From positions 1-45,256 of the forward strand of contig JBKJPM010000013.1 in assembly GCA_046595175.1 (NCBI GenBank): a stretch of 45,256 nt of DNA. Reading direction: 5' to 3'. Source of the DNA: Gemmatimonadaceae bacterium (GTDB lineage Bacteria > Gemmatimonadota > Gemmatimonadetes > Gemmatimonadales > Gemmatimonadaceae). A model generated the notes under the pieces. It made no database searches. It was not told where the DNA came from and worked only from the letters and a program-made list of their open reading frames with translations. Positions 19,646 to 29,405 of this stretch are shown piece by piece (position 1 is the first letter of the stretch; every line of letters begins with the position of its first letter). Both the position numbers and the translations under genes were made by a program.

Positions 19646-19676
19646 AAAAAGGCGTCGCAATCGCGACGCCTTTCTT
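19646..19676. terminator. Bidirectional intrinsic terminator between convergent genes
   Basis: AAAAAGGCGTCGC-AATC-GCGACGCCTTTCTT. Confidence 0.8.
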
Positions 19677-19678
19677 AT

Positions 19679-21799
19679 TTAGAACTTTGCAATATCGCGG
19701 TAAGCCTTTCTGAAGTCGTCCACCTGAGGAAGAATCGCGTCTTCGAGCTGGGGCGCGTAGCCTACGAAAGTATCGGTTGACGCCACGCGCCGAACCGGCG
19801 CATCCAACCACGCGAAGCACTCGTCCGCAATCGCCGCAGCGATTTCGGCGCCGTATCCCCACGAAAGCGAATCCTCGTAGGCCACGATAACACGCGAAGT
19901 CTTTTTCACTGATGCAAAGACTGCTTCACGATCCCACGGACTGAGCGATCGAAGGTCGATCACTTCGACAGAGATGCCTTCCTCAGCAACCGCATTTGCC
20001 GCAGTCAATGCGCGCTGCACCGTCGCACCATAAGTGACAACAGTCACATCTGCGCCCTCGCGAACCGTCTTGGCCTTGCCGAACGGAATCATGAAATTCT
20101 GGCCGGGGTTCGCGCTCTTGTTGTACGTCTGACGGTACAGGTGCTTGTGCTCCAGGAAGATCACTGGATCTTCGCAACGAATGGCCGTGCGAAGAAGTCC
20201 ATTCGCATCCAGGGCCGTCGACGGACACACGACCCGTAATCCCGGGCAGTGCGTGAACAACGATGCGCCAGTTTGCGAGTGATAGATCGCGCCGCGGATG
20301 TAGCCGCCATACGTGACCCGCACGACCACCGGCGATGCAAATGCGTTATTCGATCTCCAGCGCATTGTCGCCAGCTCGTCGCGCAATTGCATGTACGCGG
20401 TCCAGATGTAATCGAAGAACTGAACCTCGACAACCGGCTTGAATCCGCGGGTCGACAAACCAATCGCTCGGCCCACGATGTTCGCTTCCGCCAGCGGCGA
20501 GTTGTACACACGCGCGCCGCCGAATTCTTTCTGTAGTCCCCATGTCACCTTGAAGACACCGCCCTTGCCCTTCACGCTACCCAGGTGCTGCTCGCGTGAC
20601 ACGTCCGCAACGTCCTGACCAAAGACAAGAATCTTGTTATCGCGGCGCATCTCGTCCTTCATGCAAACGTTCAGAAGGTCGACCATCGTTGTCGGATCAC
20701 CGGTGAACTGAGGATCGTCCTCGGTATCGAATTGCTCGCCGGTGGGGTCCACATCCGGCGAATAAACGGCGTAGTGAACGGTATCTTCAGTCGGCTGCGG
20801 CTGAGCGAGCGCGTCATCCGTTGCTGCCAGTATTACTGCTTCCACTTCCTGCTCGATTCGCTGAAGATCGGCTTCGGTTGCATGCCCCTCCGCCAGCAGC
20901 CATTTCGGAAACTGAGTTACCGGGTCGCGAAGCGCGTCAGCTTCACGTTCAGCAGCCGGTCGATAATGCGTCTCGTCGTCCGAAAGCGAATGGGAATACG
21001 GGCGAATAACCTTCGCGTGAACAAGAACAGGACCTTTGCGCTGTCTTGCGTAATCGACCGCGCGAGTCAGGACATCGTAGCTCTGAATGAAATCGCAGCC
21101 GTCCACTTCCTCTATGAGGAAGTTTGGAAAACTACGCACAAGCTTCGAGATGCTTCCACCGGTCGTGTTTACCTCGACCGGAACCGAAATCGCGTAGCCG
21201 TTGTCCTCGACGAGATACACAACAGGCAGCTTAAGGTTGGACGCGGTATTCAGCGATTCCCAGAACTCACCTTCGCTGGTCGTACCGTCACCTGTGGAAA
21301 CAAAGACAACCTCATCTCCATTGAAGCCATCGGTTATGCCAATCAGCTTGGCGCGAAGTGAAGCCTCCGCGGCGCCGACGCTTTGCAGGAACTGCGTCCC
21401 CGTCGGCGACGATGACGAAACAATGTTGTAGTCCTTGTGCCCCCAATGGCTCGGCATCTGCCGACCGCCCGAAGCCGGATCGATCGCCGCACCAACGGCC
21501 TCATACAACATCTCGGCCGGCGTGACGCCGAGCTGGAGACAGAGCGCCCGATCGCGATAGTAGGTGTAGAACCAGTCGTACGCTGACCTGAAAACCATCC
21601 CAGCCGCGGTAAGAACCGCTTCGTGGCCAGCGCCCGAGATCTGGAAGAAAATCTTGTTCTGGCGCTTGAGCTGGACTTCCTTATCATCCAGCTTCCTCGA
21701 CATGAGCATATTGCGATAGGCCGAAACGAGCTGTTCGCCCGATAGGCCGGCCGCGGGACCGCTCAACGTTTTTCTTTCAGGACGCGTTTTGGTAGCCAT
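19679..21799 (-). CDS. 2-oxoacid dehydrogenase E1, fused alpha/beta subunits
   Basis: TPP motif GDGTTSEG...NGYAIS, HSLSDD, and beta-domain [19 protein letters not shown]. Start at ATG 21799 (MATKTR). Confidence 0.9.
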   Translation of the reverse strand: MATKTRPERKTLSGPAAGLSGEQLVSAYRNMLMSRKLDDKEVQLKRQNKIFFQISGAGHEAVLTAAGMVFRSAYDWFYTYYRDRALCLQLGVTPAEMLYEAVGAAIDPASGGRQMPSHWGHKDYNIVSSSSPTGTQFLQSVGAAEASLRAKLIGITDGFNGDEVVFVSTGDGTTSEGEFWESLNTASNLKLPVVYLVEDNGYAISVPVEVNTTGGSISKLVRSFPNFLIEEVDGCDFIQSYDVLTRAVDYARQRKGPVLVHAKVIRPYSHSLSDDETHYRPAAEREADALRDPVTQFPKWLLAEGHATEADLQRIEQEVEAVILAATDDALAQPQPTEDTVHYAVYSPDVDPTGEQFDTEDDPQFTGDPTTMVDLLNVCMKDEMRRDNKILVFGQDVADVSREQHLGSVKGKGGVFKVTWGLQKEFGGARVYNSPLAEANIVGRAIGLSTRGFKPVVEVQFFDYIWTAYMQLRDELATMRWRSNNAFASPVVVRVTYGGYIRGAIYHSQTGASLFTHCPGLRVVCPSTALDANGLLRTAIRCEDPVIFLEHKHLYRQTYNKSANPGQNFMIPFGKAKTVREGADVTVVTYGATVQRALTAANAVAEEGISVEVIDLRSLSPWDREAVFASVKKTSRVIVAYEDSLSWGYGAEIAAAIADECFAWLDAPVRRVASTDTFVGYAPQLEDAILPQVDDFRKAYRDIAKF

Positions 21800-21849
21800 A
21801 AGGTGTCGGACTGGGTGACCACAACTTCGAAAAATAGCCCCTTTATCAA

Positions 21850-23472
21850 ATGGCGGGAGCACTGAGCGGCGAAAATCTCGTGGCGATTCTGGCACTCATT
21901 GGAATCGTAATTGTCGTGGCCTCGCTCCTATCCGGTGTAGTGGAAAAAACGGGCCTGCCGCAGGTCGCCATCTTCCTGGCACTTGGCGCCTTGCTTGGCC
22001 CAGCCGGATTTGGTCTCTTCGAAGTAACCTTGCAGTCCACAGCACTTCGCGTCATGACTACGCTCGCGCTGCTGCTGGTCCTCTTCTCGGACGCAATCAC
22101 GCTCGACGTACGCGGCATTCGCGAATACCGAAGAGTCGCTGCCCTGGTGCTCGGCCCGGGAACCCTGCTTCCCGCTGTTCTCCTCGCCGGGCTTTCCTAC
22201 TACCTACTGGGAATCTCACCAGCACGCTCAGCCATTCTCGGCGCTGCCTTGGCGTCCACTGATCCGGTGTTACTCAGAACTCTTCTGCGCAGCCCCGGTC
22301 TTCCCGTTGATACACGTCTGGTGCTTCGATTGGAGAGCGGTATTAACGATGTCATCCTGCTTCCCATTGTTGTCATTGCAATGCTGGTGATCGCAGCTGG
22401 CGGAAGCATGACCATTCAAAGTGTAACGAGTCACGCGGCCGGACTTTTTGTACTGGGCCCATTGCTCGGCGCCGGAGTGGGATGGGCGGGAATTTCACTG
22501 CTGGAGGCGATACGTTCCCGCGTCGGAGTACGCCGCGACTATGAATCCCTTTACGCACTTGGTGTTGCGTTTAGCGCATACGCGGCAGCTGAATGGGTTG
22601 GTGGAAGCGGATTTCTCGCCGCATTCGCAGCGGGACTCACAATCGCAATGCTCGACGTCGAGCTGTGCGACTGTTTCCTCGATTACGGCCAGGCAACAGC
22701 GGAGATGTTCCTCCTCCTCACATTTCTCGCATTCGGGTCATCCCTGATCTGGATCGGACTGAAAGTGATGGATGCACGAATGCTGGTATTTGCGTTGGTT
22801 GCCGTTTCAATTCGTACGCTCGTGCTGCTGCCGGTTCTGCGCGTTTCTCACATTGATCGCCGGAGCCAGCGGCTGATCGCATGGCTGGGCCCTCGTGGCC
22901 TGAGCTCTCTCTTGCTGGTACTGCTTCCCGTGTTCGCAGGCGTCACAGGCTCGGAACAGCTTTTTGCGATTACCTGTCTGGTGGTTCTCTTCTCTGTGGT
23001 GTTGCACGGCGGCGGAATTGCTCTCTTCCTCAGACGAGTTGCGAGGGATGAGCGCGATTCACTCGTTCACGCGCCAGCCGCTGGAGAGACTCCCGCAAAA
23101 TCGCGCGAGCTTCCGCAGCTTGACATCCCGGCTCCCGGCGAAACGATCACAATCGACGAAGTGCGGGCGATGGATACCCGCAGCGAGCCATACACACTGA
23201 TTGACGTTCGTACCGACAAGGCGTTCAATGCTGATGACCTGATCGCGACCAGCGCGCTACGCTTCGCGCCGGATGACGCAGTGAAGGACGCGAAAGACAT
23301 GCAGCTTTCTTCGAGGGGAACGCTCGTTGTCTACTGTGCTTGAATTGACGAAGCCACAAGCACCCGTGTGGTGCGAGACTTGAGAAGAGCGGGATTTACC
23401 GCATCGAGAGCGCTGATCGGAGGATGGGCTGCCTGGAAAGACGCGGGCATGCCCGTGTCAAAACGTCAGTAG
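21850..23472 (+). CDS. CPA1/NhaP-type cation:proton antiporter fused to a C-terminal rhodanese domain; putative selenoprotein (UGA 23341-23343 = Sec), 540 aa
   Basis: Antiporter motifs STDPV, ESGINDV, GPRGLSS. The rhodanese domain (LIDVR...VVYCA) continues in frame past the TGA as [42 protein letters not shown] to TAG 23470-23472. Confidence 0.85.
23344..23374 (+). promoter_or_regulatory. Putative bacterial SECIS element
   Basis: Hairpin GCACC-CGTGT-GGTGC (23360-23374); loop begins 21 nt after the UGA with G at loop position 2. Confidence 0.65.
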
Positions 23473-25313
23473 TCGACAGGACGAAGGTAAGAGTCGCCAA
23501 TCGCACTGTGGCTCACCATCGCCACAGCCGGAAGCTTGCGCTTCCAGTGCGTTCCTTCCAGACGCTTTCTTACAAGCTCAATTTCTTCATCGGTGAATCC
23601 TTGGATTTCAGACGTCTTGAGGCCGCTCAGTAGCCAATGCAGAATTTCATCGGCTTTTTTGTAGCTGATTCCGAAATCTTTCTCGTCGGTTTGTCCCTGG
23701 ATCAGATCCGCTGAAGCGGGCTTATCCACGATTTCCGATGGAACTCCGAGAAAACGCGCGAGCTCCCAAACCTGCGTCTTGTACAGGTCGCCGATTGGAT
23801 TGATTGGCGGTGAATCGTCTGCATGCCAGGTGAAATAACCCAATAGACGTTCACTCTTGTTGCCTGTTCCAAGGGGAAGCGCCTTATATCGCGCCGAAAG
23901 GTCAAACAGGGCGATCATGCGAACACGCGCCATCACGTTGCCCTTGCGATGACTGTCCGCGTCCGGCTCGTTGGCGAGGTAACCATCCACAGCACTGCTG
24001 ATATCCACAGTCCGGCACTCGAGTCCAAGCAGGTCCACAAGTTTCTGAGCATGGTCGAGTGACTGAGGATTCGATGTGCGGTAGGGCAGCCGCACTGCAA
24101 TCACATTCTCAGGCCCGAGCGCACGTGCCGCCAAACAGGCTACGACAGCTGAATCGACTCCGCCCGACAGTCCGAGCACCGCTTTCTTGAATCCTCGGCG
24201 CTCGAATTCCTGTTGAAGGAAGGAAACAAGCCAATCTGCAGTGAGGGCGGGATCTATTTCGAGCGGGGGTGGACTGGCGGCCGACGGTGTTGCAACAATT
24301 ATCTGAATGTCATCCGAGGAATCGCGCGCAGTCTTTTTTGCGGGAGCTTTTGCCTTCTTGTTCACGGGAGAATGAGCAGCAGGGACAGCGGGATCAAATT
24401 CAACTGGTGCAAGCGGCTGCTGCCTGGTCGTGTCGAGAGCACCGACCAGATGTGGAAGCATGGTTTGCAAATCCGTCAGCAGCGGCATGTCTGCGCGAGC
24501 GCGCGTCAGCTCCGATTCGCTAAGTGTGATGTTGACGATCGCTTCGTTCCATAGAGGCGCCCGCACCTTGATATCGCCTTTTGGTCCGGCGATCACCGAG
24601 CCACCCGTAAAAACTTTCCCCCCTTCGTTGCCGACGAGATGGATTAGCGCAACGAAGACTCCGTGTTCGCTCGCGATGTCACGCGCAAGCCGCTCCCATC
24701 GCTCCAGGCTTGCCGGGCCCGGGAGGTCGTCCGAACGCTTCCACAAACCGCGTCCCGGCGACGCAGAAGGGATGATGATCAGCTGCGCGCCATCGAGTGC
24801 AGCGAGCGTCCCGGACAGGCTGTGCCAGGCATCTTCGCAAACCAGAATTGCCGCGCGGCCCCAACTGGTGTCGAACGCACGAATATTGAAACCGCGGTCC
24901 ACAAACCGCTCTTCGTCAAACAGGCCGTACGTCGGCAGGAAAACCTTGCGATGAACGTGACGGACGATTGGCTCCGCGCCGCCGAGTGTGACATACAGCG
25001 CACTGTTGTAAAACGCGTTGTTCCACTGCTCATAAAACCCGAGACTTACGTCGAGTGTCTCACCGCTGTTTACGCTGGCTTTGTATGTCGCCTGCAGATC
25101 GCGCGCGAGTGATCCGGCTGTCATTGCTGCTTCGCGTACGCCGCCTTCCAGGAAGTACGCGGTCAAAGCTGTTTCAGGGAGCACCGCGACTTCAGGCCTC
25201 GGCTCCAGCGCGTCCAGTTGCGCGAAGATGTCACCCAGCCGCGCAAGGTTTCCCTCGTATTCACCTTTACGAGGCTTGAACTGGACGATTGCAAGATTTA
25301 CCGATTGGTGCAT
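23466..25313 (-). CDS. nadE: Glutamine-dependent NAD+ synthetase (nitrilase-like glutaminase + synthetase)
   Basis: Nitrilase triad PE / RKVFLPTYGLFDE / VCED; synthetase motifs GLSGGVDS, GTGNKSE, DLYKTQV. Start at ATG 25313 (or 25349). Confidence 0.92.
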   Translation of the reverse strand: MHQSVNLAIVQFKPRKGEYEGNLARLGDIFAQLDALEPRPEVAVLPETALTAYFLEGGVREAAMTAGSLARDLQATYKASVNSGETLDVSLGFYEQWNNAFYNSALYVTLGGAEPIVRHVHRKVFLPTYGLFDEERFVDRGFNIRAFDTSWGRAAILVCEDAWHSLSGTLAALDGAQLIIIPSASPGRGLWKRSDDLPGPASLERWERLARDIASEHGVFVALIHLVGNEGGKVFTGGSVIAGPKGDIKVRAPLWNEAIVNITLSESELTRARADMPLLTDLQTMLPHLVGALDTTRQQPLAPVEFDPAVPAAHSPVNKKAKAPAKKTARDSSDDIQIIVATPSAASPPPLEIDPALTADWLVSFLQQEFERRGFKKAVLGLSGGVDSAVVACLAARALGPENVIAVRLPYRTSNPQSLDHAQKLVDLLGLECRTVDISSAVDGYLANEPDADSHRKGNVMARVRMIALFDLSARYKALPLGTGNKSERLLGYFTWHADDSPPINPIGDLYKTQVWELARFLGVPSEIVDKPASADLIQGQTDEKDFGISYKKADEILHWLLSGLKTSEIQGFTDEEIELVRKRLEGTHWKRKLPAVAMVSHSAIGDSYLRPVDY

Positions 25314-25364
25314 CAGCTCAAAGTTGCGGTTCGCAGAACTGCCGGGCAATTGCCCTGGTTGAAT

Positions 25365-26312
25365 TTATCGCACTTCCGCCGAGTCGTCGTCCGCTTCATC
25401 CGGGACTGACGCACCGCCAAATAGGCTGGCAGAGGTGAAAGCTGAAGGCGCTGCAATGATTCCGGAGACAATCACGGTAACAAGCTGCACGGACTGAATG
25501 AGCACTGCAGCAGCAACTGCTTTTTCCTGCGGGAATCCGAATCGCGTGACCGCCAGCGCATAGAAGACCTGAAACACTCCAATATTTCCTGGCGTCGCGC
25601 GAATGAATCCGGCTAGATTCACGGCTACGACTGCGGCCACCGTGGCGACTATCGGAATGTGCAGACCCACAGCTTCCGCACCTGCCGCGAATGCAATTAT
25701 CTGCGTCGGCCAGTAAACGAGCGAAATTCCAAAAGCTTTCACCGCATCCATTCCGCGCAGCCGGGTCCGCGCCTCAGTTGCAAAGCGCAGGATGAACGAC
25801 TTGCCCTTGTGCATGTGTCCTCGCCAACCGCCGGTGACGACCGGCTCAAGAACGGTCTCCGGTGCTTTTCCACGGTAGGCGATGAACGCAACAAAGAGCC
25901 CGAACGCGACGATCGCGGGAACGACCACCTTCGATGCTGGAAAGAGATCCGTGGGCTGCACAAGGACGGCGATCACCGCCATCGCAAAGAACGCGAGAAT
26001 TTCTACAACCTTGTCCGAAGCCAGTGATCCGAGCACCGTAGCGAGTCTCGCTTTCGCAGCTCGCGCAGCCAGGCCGACGCGTATTACCTCACCAGCATTC
26101 GCGAGCAACACGGCGTTGAGACCCAGCCCGGCAAAGGTGAAGCGGATAACCTGGCCAATCCGGAGCGTTGTGGACCTGCGAAGAAAAATCCACCAGCGCA
26201 CACCTTTCATGACTGTCGAGAAAAGCGTTGCCGTCGCGATCACAAGCAGCATCGGAATTGATGCATGAGACAGTGCGCTCCAGACAGCGCTCCAGTCCAC
26301 TGCCCTGGTCAC
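25365..26312 (-). CDS. Lysylphosphatidylglycerol synthase TM-domain (flippase-like) protein
   Basis: Multi-TM protein with RWWIFL, NAVLLANAGEVIR and TPGNIGVFQ. True start is probably upstream (see findings). Confidence 0.82.
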   Translation of the reverse strand: MTRAVDWSAVWSALSHASIPMLLVIATATLFSTVMKGVRWWIFLRRSTTLRIGQVIRFTFAGLGLNAVLLANAGEVIRVGLAARAAKARLATVLGSLASDKVVEILAFFAMAVIAVLVQPTDLFPASKVVVPAIVAFGLFVAFIAYRGKAPETVLEPVVTGGWRGHMHKGKSFILRFATEARTRLRGMDAVKAFGISLVYWPTQIIAFAAGAEAVGLHIPIVATVAAVVAVNLAGFIRATPGNIGVFQVFYALAVTRFGFPQEKAVAAAVLIQSVQLVTVIVSGIIAAPSAFTSASLFGGASVPDEADDDSAEVR

Positions 26313-26370
26313 AAGCCAAGCGAGTGCGAGAACTACGATTGCGAAAAAAAGCCGGCGGGTTTTGATGACG

Positions 26371-26802
26371 TTAAGCTAAAAAGAATTCATCGAAAATGCG
26401 CTGCAATTCCTCTACCTCTTTGTATTCGCGCACAGTGGCATCGGCGCAACCGGCCAGCATGGCCGACATCCGCCTCCCGGCATCTGGCCGAAACAAACAC
26501 AGCACCGGAATCCCAAGGTCCACGGCTCGCCCAATTTCATACCCAACTCCCAGGCTGGGAGTCGTGACTTCGGCAACAACGCATGACGCCGAGCGTAGCC
26601 AGTCCATGTCCCGATCGTGAATCTCCCGGTCGGTAAGGTCCTCGCCGTGGCTGGTTAGTGATTCTTCTGCAATGTGTTCCGTCAGGACCTGGCCATAGCC
26701 TTTGAGCAGCCGGATAATCTCAACATAAACAAGTCGATCGCCGCGTCCGCTGCTAATCGAACCTCCGAAATAAATAACGGCTTTCCCTTTGGCGTTAGTC
26801 AA
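26371..26802 (-). CDS. Nucleoside 2-deoxyribosyltransferase family, DNPH1/RCL-like N-glycosidase
   Basis: IYFGGSI, VLTEH, IHDRDMDWL, VAEVTTPSLGVGYEIG, SAML. Confidence 0.85.
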   Translation of the reverse strand: MTNAKGKAVIYFGGSISSGRGDRLVYVEIIRLLKGYGQVLTEHIAEESLTSHGEDLTDREIHDRDMDWLRSASCVVAEVTTPSLGVGYEIGRAVDLGIPVLCLFRPDAGRRMSAMLAGCADATVREYKEVEELQRIFDEFFLA

Positions 26803-27437
26803 AGCGCACCGGCCAGAACCTGGTCCATCACTCGCTGTACATGCTCTATCTCGTCCTTGTTGACGAGATGCCCCATTCCCGGATACAGCTTTCGCGTGAC
26901 AGATGCGCCGAGCTTCGTGAATACCGCCTCACTTTCCAGTACGCGCGCCGCCGGGATGTGAGAGTCCACGTCGCTGCAACCGAGAAAAACCGGAGTTGAG
27001 TCCAGCGATCCGGAAACATCGTCCCACGTGGTGCCAGGCGGTCCTATCACTCCGCCGCTCAGCACCATTACGCCGCCATACCGACGCGGATTTCTGATCG
27101 CAAATTCTGATGTGAGACATGCGCCTTGTGAGAATCCCAGCAGCAGGATCTTGTGAGATGGGAACCCCATTGTTGTGACCTGGTTTACCAGCGTTCCGAT
27201 CTGCGCGAGTCCATCGGTAATTCCAGGCTCATTTTTTTCGCGCTCTGCCATAAAACTGAGCGGGTACCAGGCTCCGCCGGGTGCAGCCGGCGCGAGCGCT
27301 GCAAAGTCTGGGCGATCCAGAACCGGCAGGAGATCCAGAATGTTTTCCGGAGCTGCATTGCGCCCGTGGATCATGATGATCACGGCCTTTGCGGTCTCGA
27401 CTGGCGACCCGCCGTGAACGATTCTGTTGGCCATCAA
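26799..27437 (-). CDS. Phospholipase/carboxylesterase (MhqD-like alpha/beta hydrolase)
   Basis: HGR, WYP, GFSQGA, DSHIP and GMGH; coupled to the dioxygenase gene. Confidence 0.85.
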   Translation of the reverse strand: MMANRIVHGGSPVETAKAVIIMIHGRNAAPENILDLLPVLDRPDFAALAPAAPGGAWYPLSFMAEREKNEPGITDGLAQIGTLVNQVTTMGFPSHKILLLGFSQGACLTSEFAIRNPRRYGGVMVLSGGVIGPPGTTWDDVSGSLDSTPVFLGCSDVDSHIPAARVLESEAVFTKLGASVTRKLYPGMGHLVNKDEIEHVQRVMDQVLAGAL

Positions 27438-28378
27438 TACTTCACCGCTGCAAGCTGCTGTTCTATTTCCGAGCGTCGTCCTTCGGCGGAAGGGGGAAGT
27501 TTTAGGGACCGCCCGAGATCAGGCAATGGCTCGTCAACTGCAAACCCGGGCTTCATCGTGGCGACTTCGTACAGAATTCCGCCGGGCTCACGGAAATAAA
27601 TCGACTGGAAGTATTGGCGGTCCATCAATGGCGTAACCTGCACACCATGGGACGTGAGCTCGGTTCGGAGACGCATCTGCTCGTCCGGGCTTTCGATCGC
27701 CATCGCAACATGATGCACTGTTCCCAATCCATTCTTCGCCGCTGCTGCGTCGCTCGATTCGACAACGTCCACGGTTTTTCCGGCGCCGCCTCCGTTTACA
27801 CCAACGCGTGTTGTTGATCCCATCTTGTCAATAATAGAGTACCCGAGCCACTCCTTCAGGAAGTCGATGGTTGGACCCGCATAGCGGACAGTCAGGGTGA
27901 CGCTGTGCAGTCCGCGGATGGCGTTTGATAAATCGATCGTGTCATTGCCCGGAATCCATGGCGCTCTCTTATCATTCGCTTCGATCAACTCGATGACCAA
28001 GCCGGACGGGTCCAGCATAGACAGCGAGGTCTCCCCAAATCGCGGAGAGCCATCGTCCACTCCATAACCGCAAGTCTCCAGTCTCTCTTTCCAAAATGAG
28101 ATCGAAGCCGTCGGAACAGAAAAGGATGTCGTTGTAACCTGACCAGCGCCCTGCACCCCAACCGGAACGCCCTTGCCCTTGTATGGAAAGGTTGTCCAGA
28201 TCGTTCCCGGTGTGCCGCGCTCATCACCATAGTAAAAGTGATAGACGCTGTGGTTGTCGAAATTGACCGTTTTCTTTACGAGTCGCAGGCCAAGCGCCGA
28301 CTTCGCAAAATCCAGATCTGCTTGCGCGTCATCCACCGTGGCGGTGACGTGATGAAGTCCAAGGATAGGGAAGCTCAT
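27434..28378 (-). CDS. Ring-cleaving dioxygenase (MhqO/PcpA-like VOC family)
   Basis: GLHHVTA, KKTVNFD, YHFYYGD, VHHVA, DRQYFQSIYFREPGGILYEVAT. Confidence 0.92.
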   Translation of the reverse strand: MSFPILGLHHVTATVDDAQADLDFAKSALGLRLVKKTVNFDNHSVYHFYYGDERGTPGTIWTTFPYKGKGVPVGVQGAGQVTTTSFSVPTASISFWKERLETCGYGVDDGSPRFGETSLSMLDPSGLVIELIEANDKRAPWIPGNDTIDLSNAIRGLHSVTLTVRYAGPTIDFLKEWLGYSIIDKMGSTTRVGVNGGGAGKTVDVVESSDAAAAKNGLGTVHHVAMAIESPDEQMRLRTELTSHGVQVTPLMDRQYFQSIYFREPGGILYEVATMKPGFAVDEPLPDLGRSLKLPPSAEGRRSEIEQQLAAVKY

Positions 28379-28390
28379 GACTATAGTATA

Positions 28391-28424
28391 AAGAAAAACT
28401 CCCGGCTTTTCGGCCGGGAGTTTT
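28391..28424 (-). terminator. Intrinsic terminator after the 28442..28882 gene
   Basis: Minus strand AAAACTCCCGGC-CGAAAA-GCCGGGAGTTTTTCTT. Confidence 0.8.
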
Positions 28425-28441
28425 CCTGGAGACGCATGGAA

Positions 28442-28882
28442 TCAGGCTGAGGCGCCGTCTTCCGTGTAAAGTCGAGCACCCACTCCTACCGATATGATCA
28501 AGGTCACGAGCCACGCGATTGCCATGACCGTCCAGTGACTCCAGGTCATCATGCCGATCATACCGTAGCTGAGTGTGAAGAAACAGCCGATTAGCCACAT
28601 ATAGATCGCGGCGTAAACCGCCGTCTGCATGCCAGGGCCGAAACGCGGACGAATGGCCGCATAAAGCCAGACGAGCAGGATTCCCATAAAAAGGTCCATT
28701 CCAAAGGTGCCCATCCATGCACCAGGGACGTTCATCGAGTCGCCCAAGCCAGTCTTGAAGTTGTTCATGTCGGCGGTCATTCCGGGGCCTGTTACGAACT
28801 TCATCATCAGGACGTCGATGGCGCCCATTACAACGCCAGCGGCGATGCCTGCGATTGCAACTTTTCCTTTGTTAATGGCCAT
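28442..28882 (-). CDS. Hypothetical 4-TM membrane protein
   Basis: AAGGAG RBS before ATG 28882; hydrophobic helices; WLYAAIRPRFGPG motif. Confidence 0.8.
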   Translation of the reverse strand: MAINKGKVAIAGIAAGVVMGAIDVLMMKFVTGPGMTADMNNFKTGLGDSMNVPGAWMGTFGMDLFMGILLVWLYAAIRPRFGPGMQTAVYAAIYMWLIGCFFTLSYGMIGMMTWSHWTVMAIAWLVTLIISVGVGARLYTEDGASA

Positions 28883-28974
28883 GCGTAACTCCTTTATAGA
28901 TGAAGGGTGTGCCAAAAACCTACAACTATAGATGAGCTTGGCAATGCGAAACCCTTGTGCGCAGTCGCACAGAG

Positions 28975-29352
28975 CTACGCGTCGCCAGTGGGAATGATCC
29001 CGGCGTTCTCAACCATCAGGATGACAGTCTTCTCAGGCGCTCTCGGCCGGTGCCTGAGGCCTTTGGGAACGACAAAGCCCTGACCCTTCCGGAGTTCCAC
29101 GGTCCGGTCTTCCATGTCGATGATGAAGAGTCCGTCCACTACGTAAAAAAATTCGTCGTCATTGTCGTGCTTATGCCAATGGTATTCGCCTTTCACAACA
29201 CCGAGTCGCACGACCGAGTCGTTCACTTTACAAAGCGTTTGGTTGAACCAGGGATGCGTAACGGCGGCAACTGTCGCAGGTATATCAACCAGCTCGAGCG
29301 CTCCGTGCTTGATGTCGAGATGTGTCTCGTAAGGAAACGTTGGATCGGTCAT
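28975..29352 (-). CDS. Cupin domain protein
   Basis: GEYHWHKHDNDDEFFYV ... VVPKGLRHRP. Confidence 0.88.
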   Translation of the reverse strand: MTDPTFPYETHLDIKHGALELVDIPATVAAVTHPWFNQTLCKVNDSVVRLGVVKGEYHWHKHDNDDEFFYVVDGLFIIDMEDRTVELRKGQGFVVPKGLRHRPRAPEKTVILMVENAGIIPTGDA

Positions 29353-29405
29353 CGCTGTTTCGTGGCTCTTGTCCGGAAGTTTCTCTTTCCGCCTAATACT
29401 TCCAA

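Noticed and set aside
23341-23343. Antiporter-rhodanese as a pseudogene with a premature stop
   Set aside because: The stop is UGA at a Cys-equivalent active-site position, the downstream frame is intact, and it shares a SECIS-like hairpin with a second UGA gene. Sec is the better explanation, though unproven.
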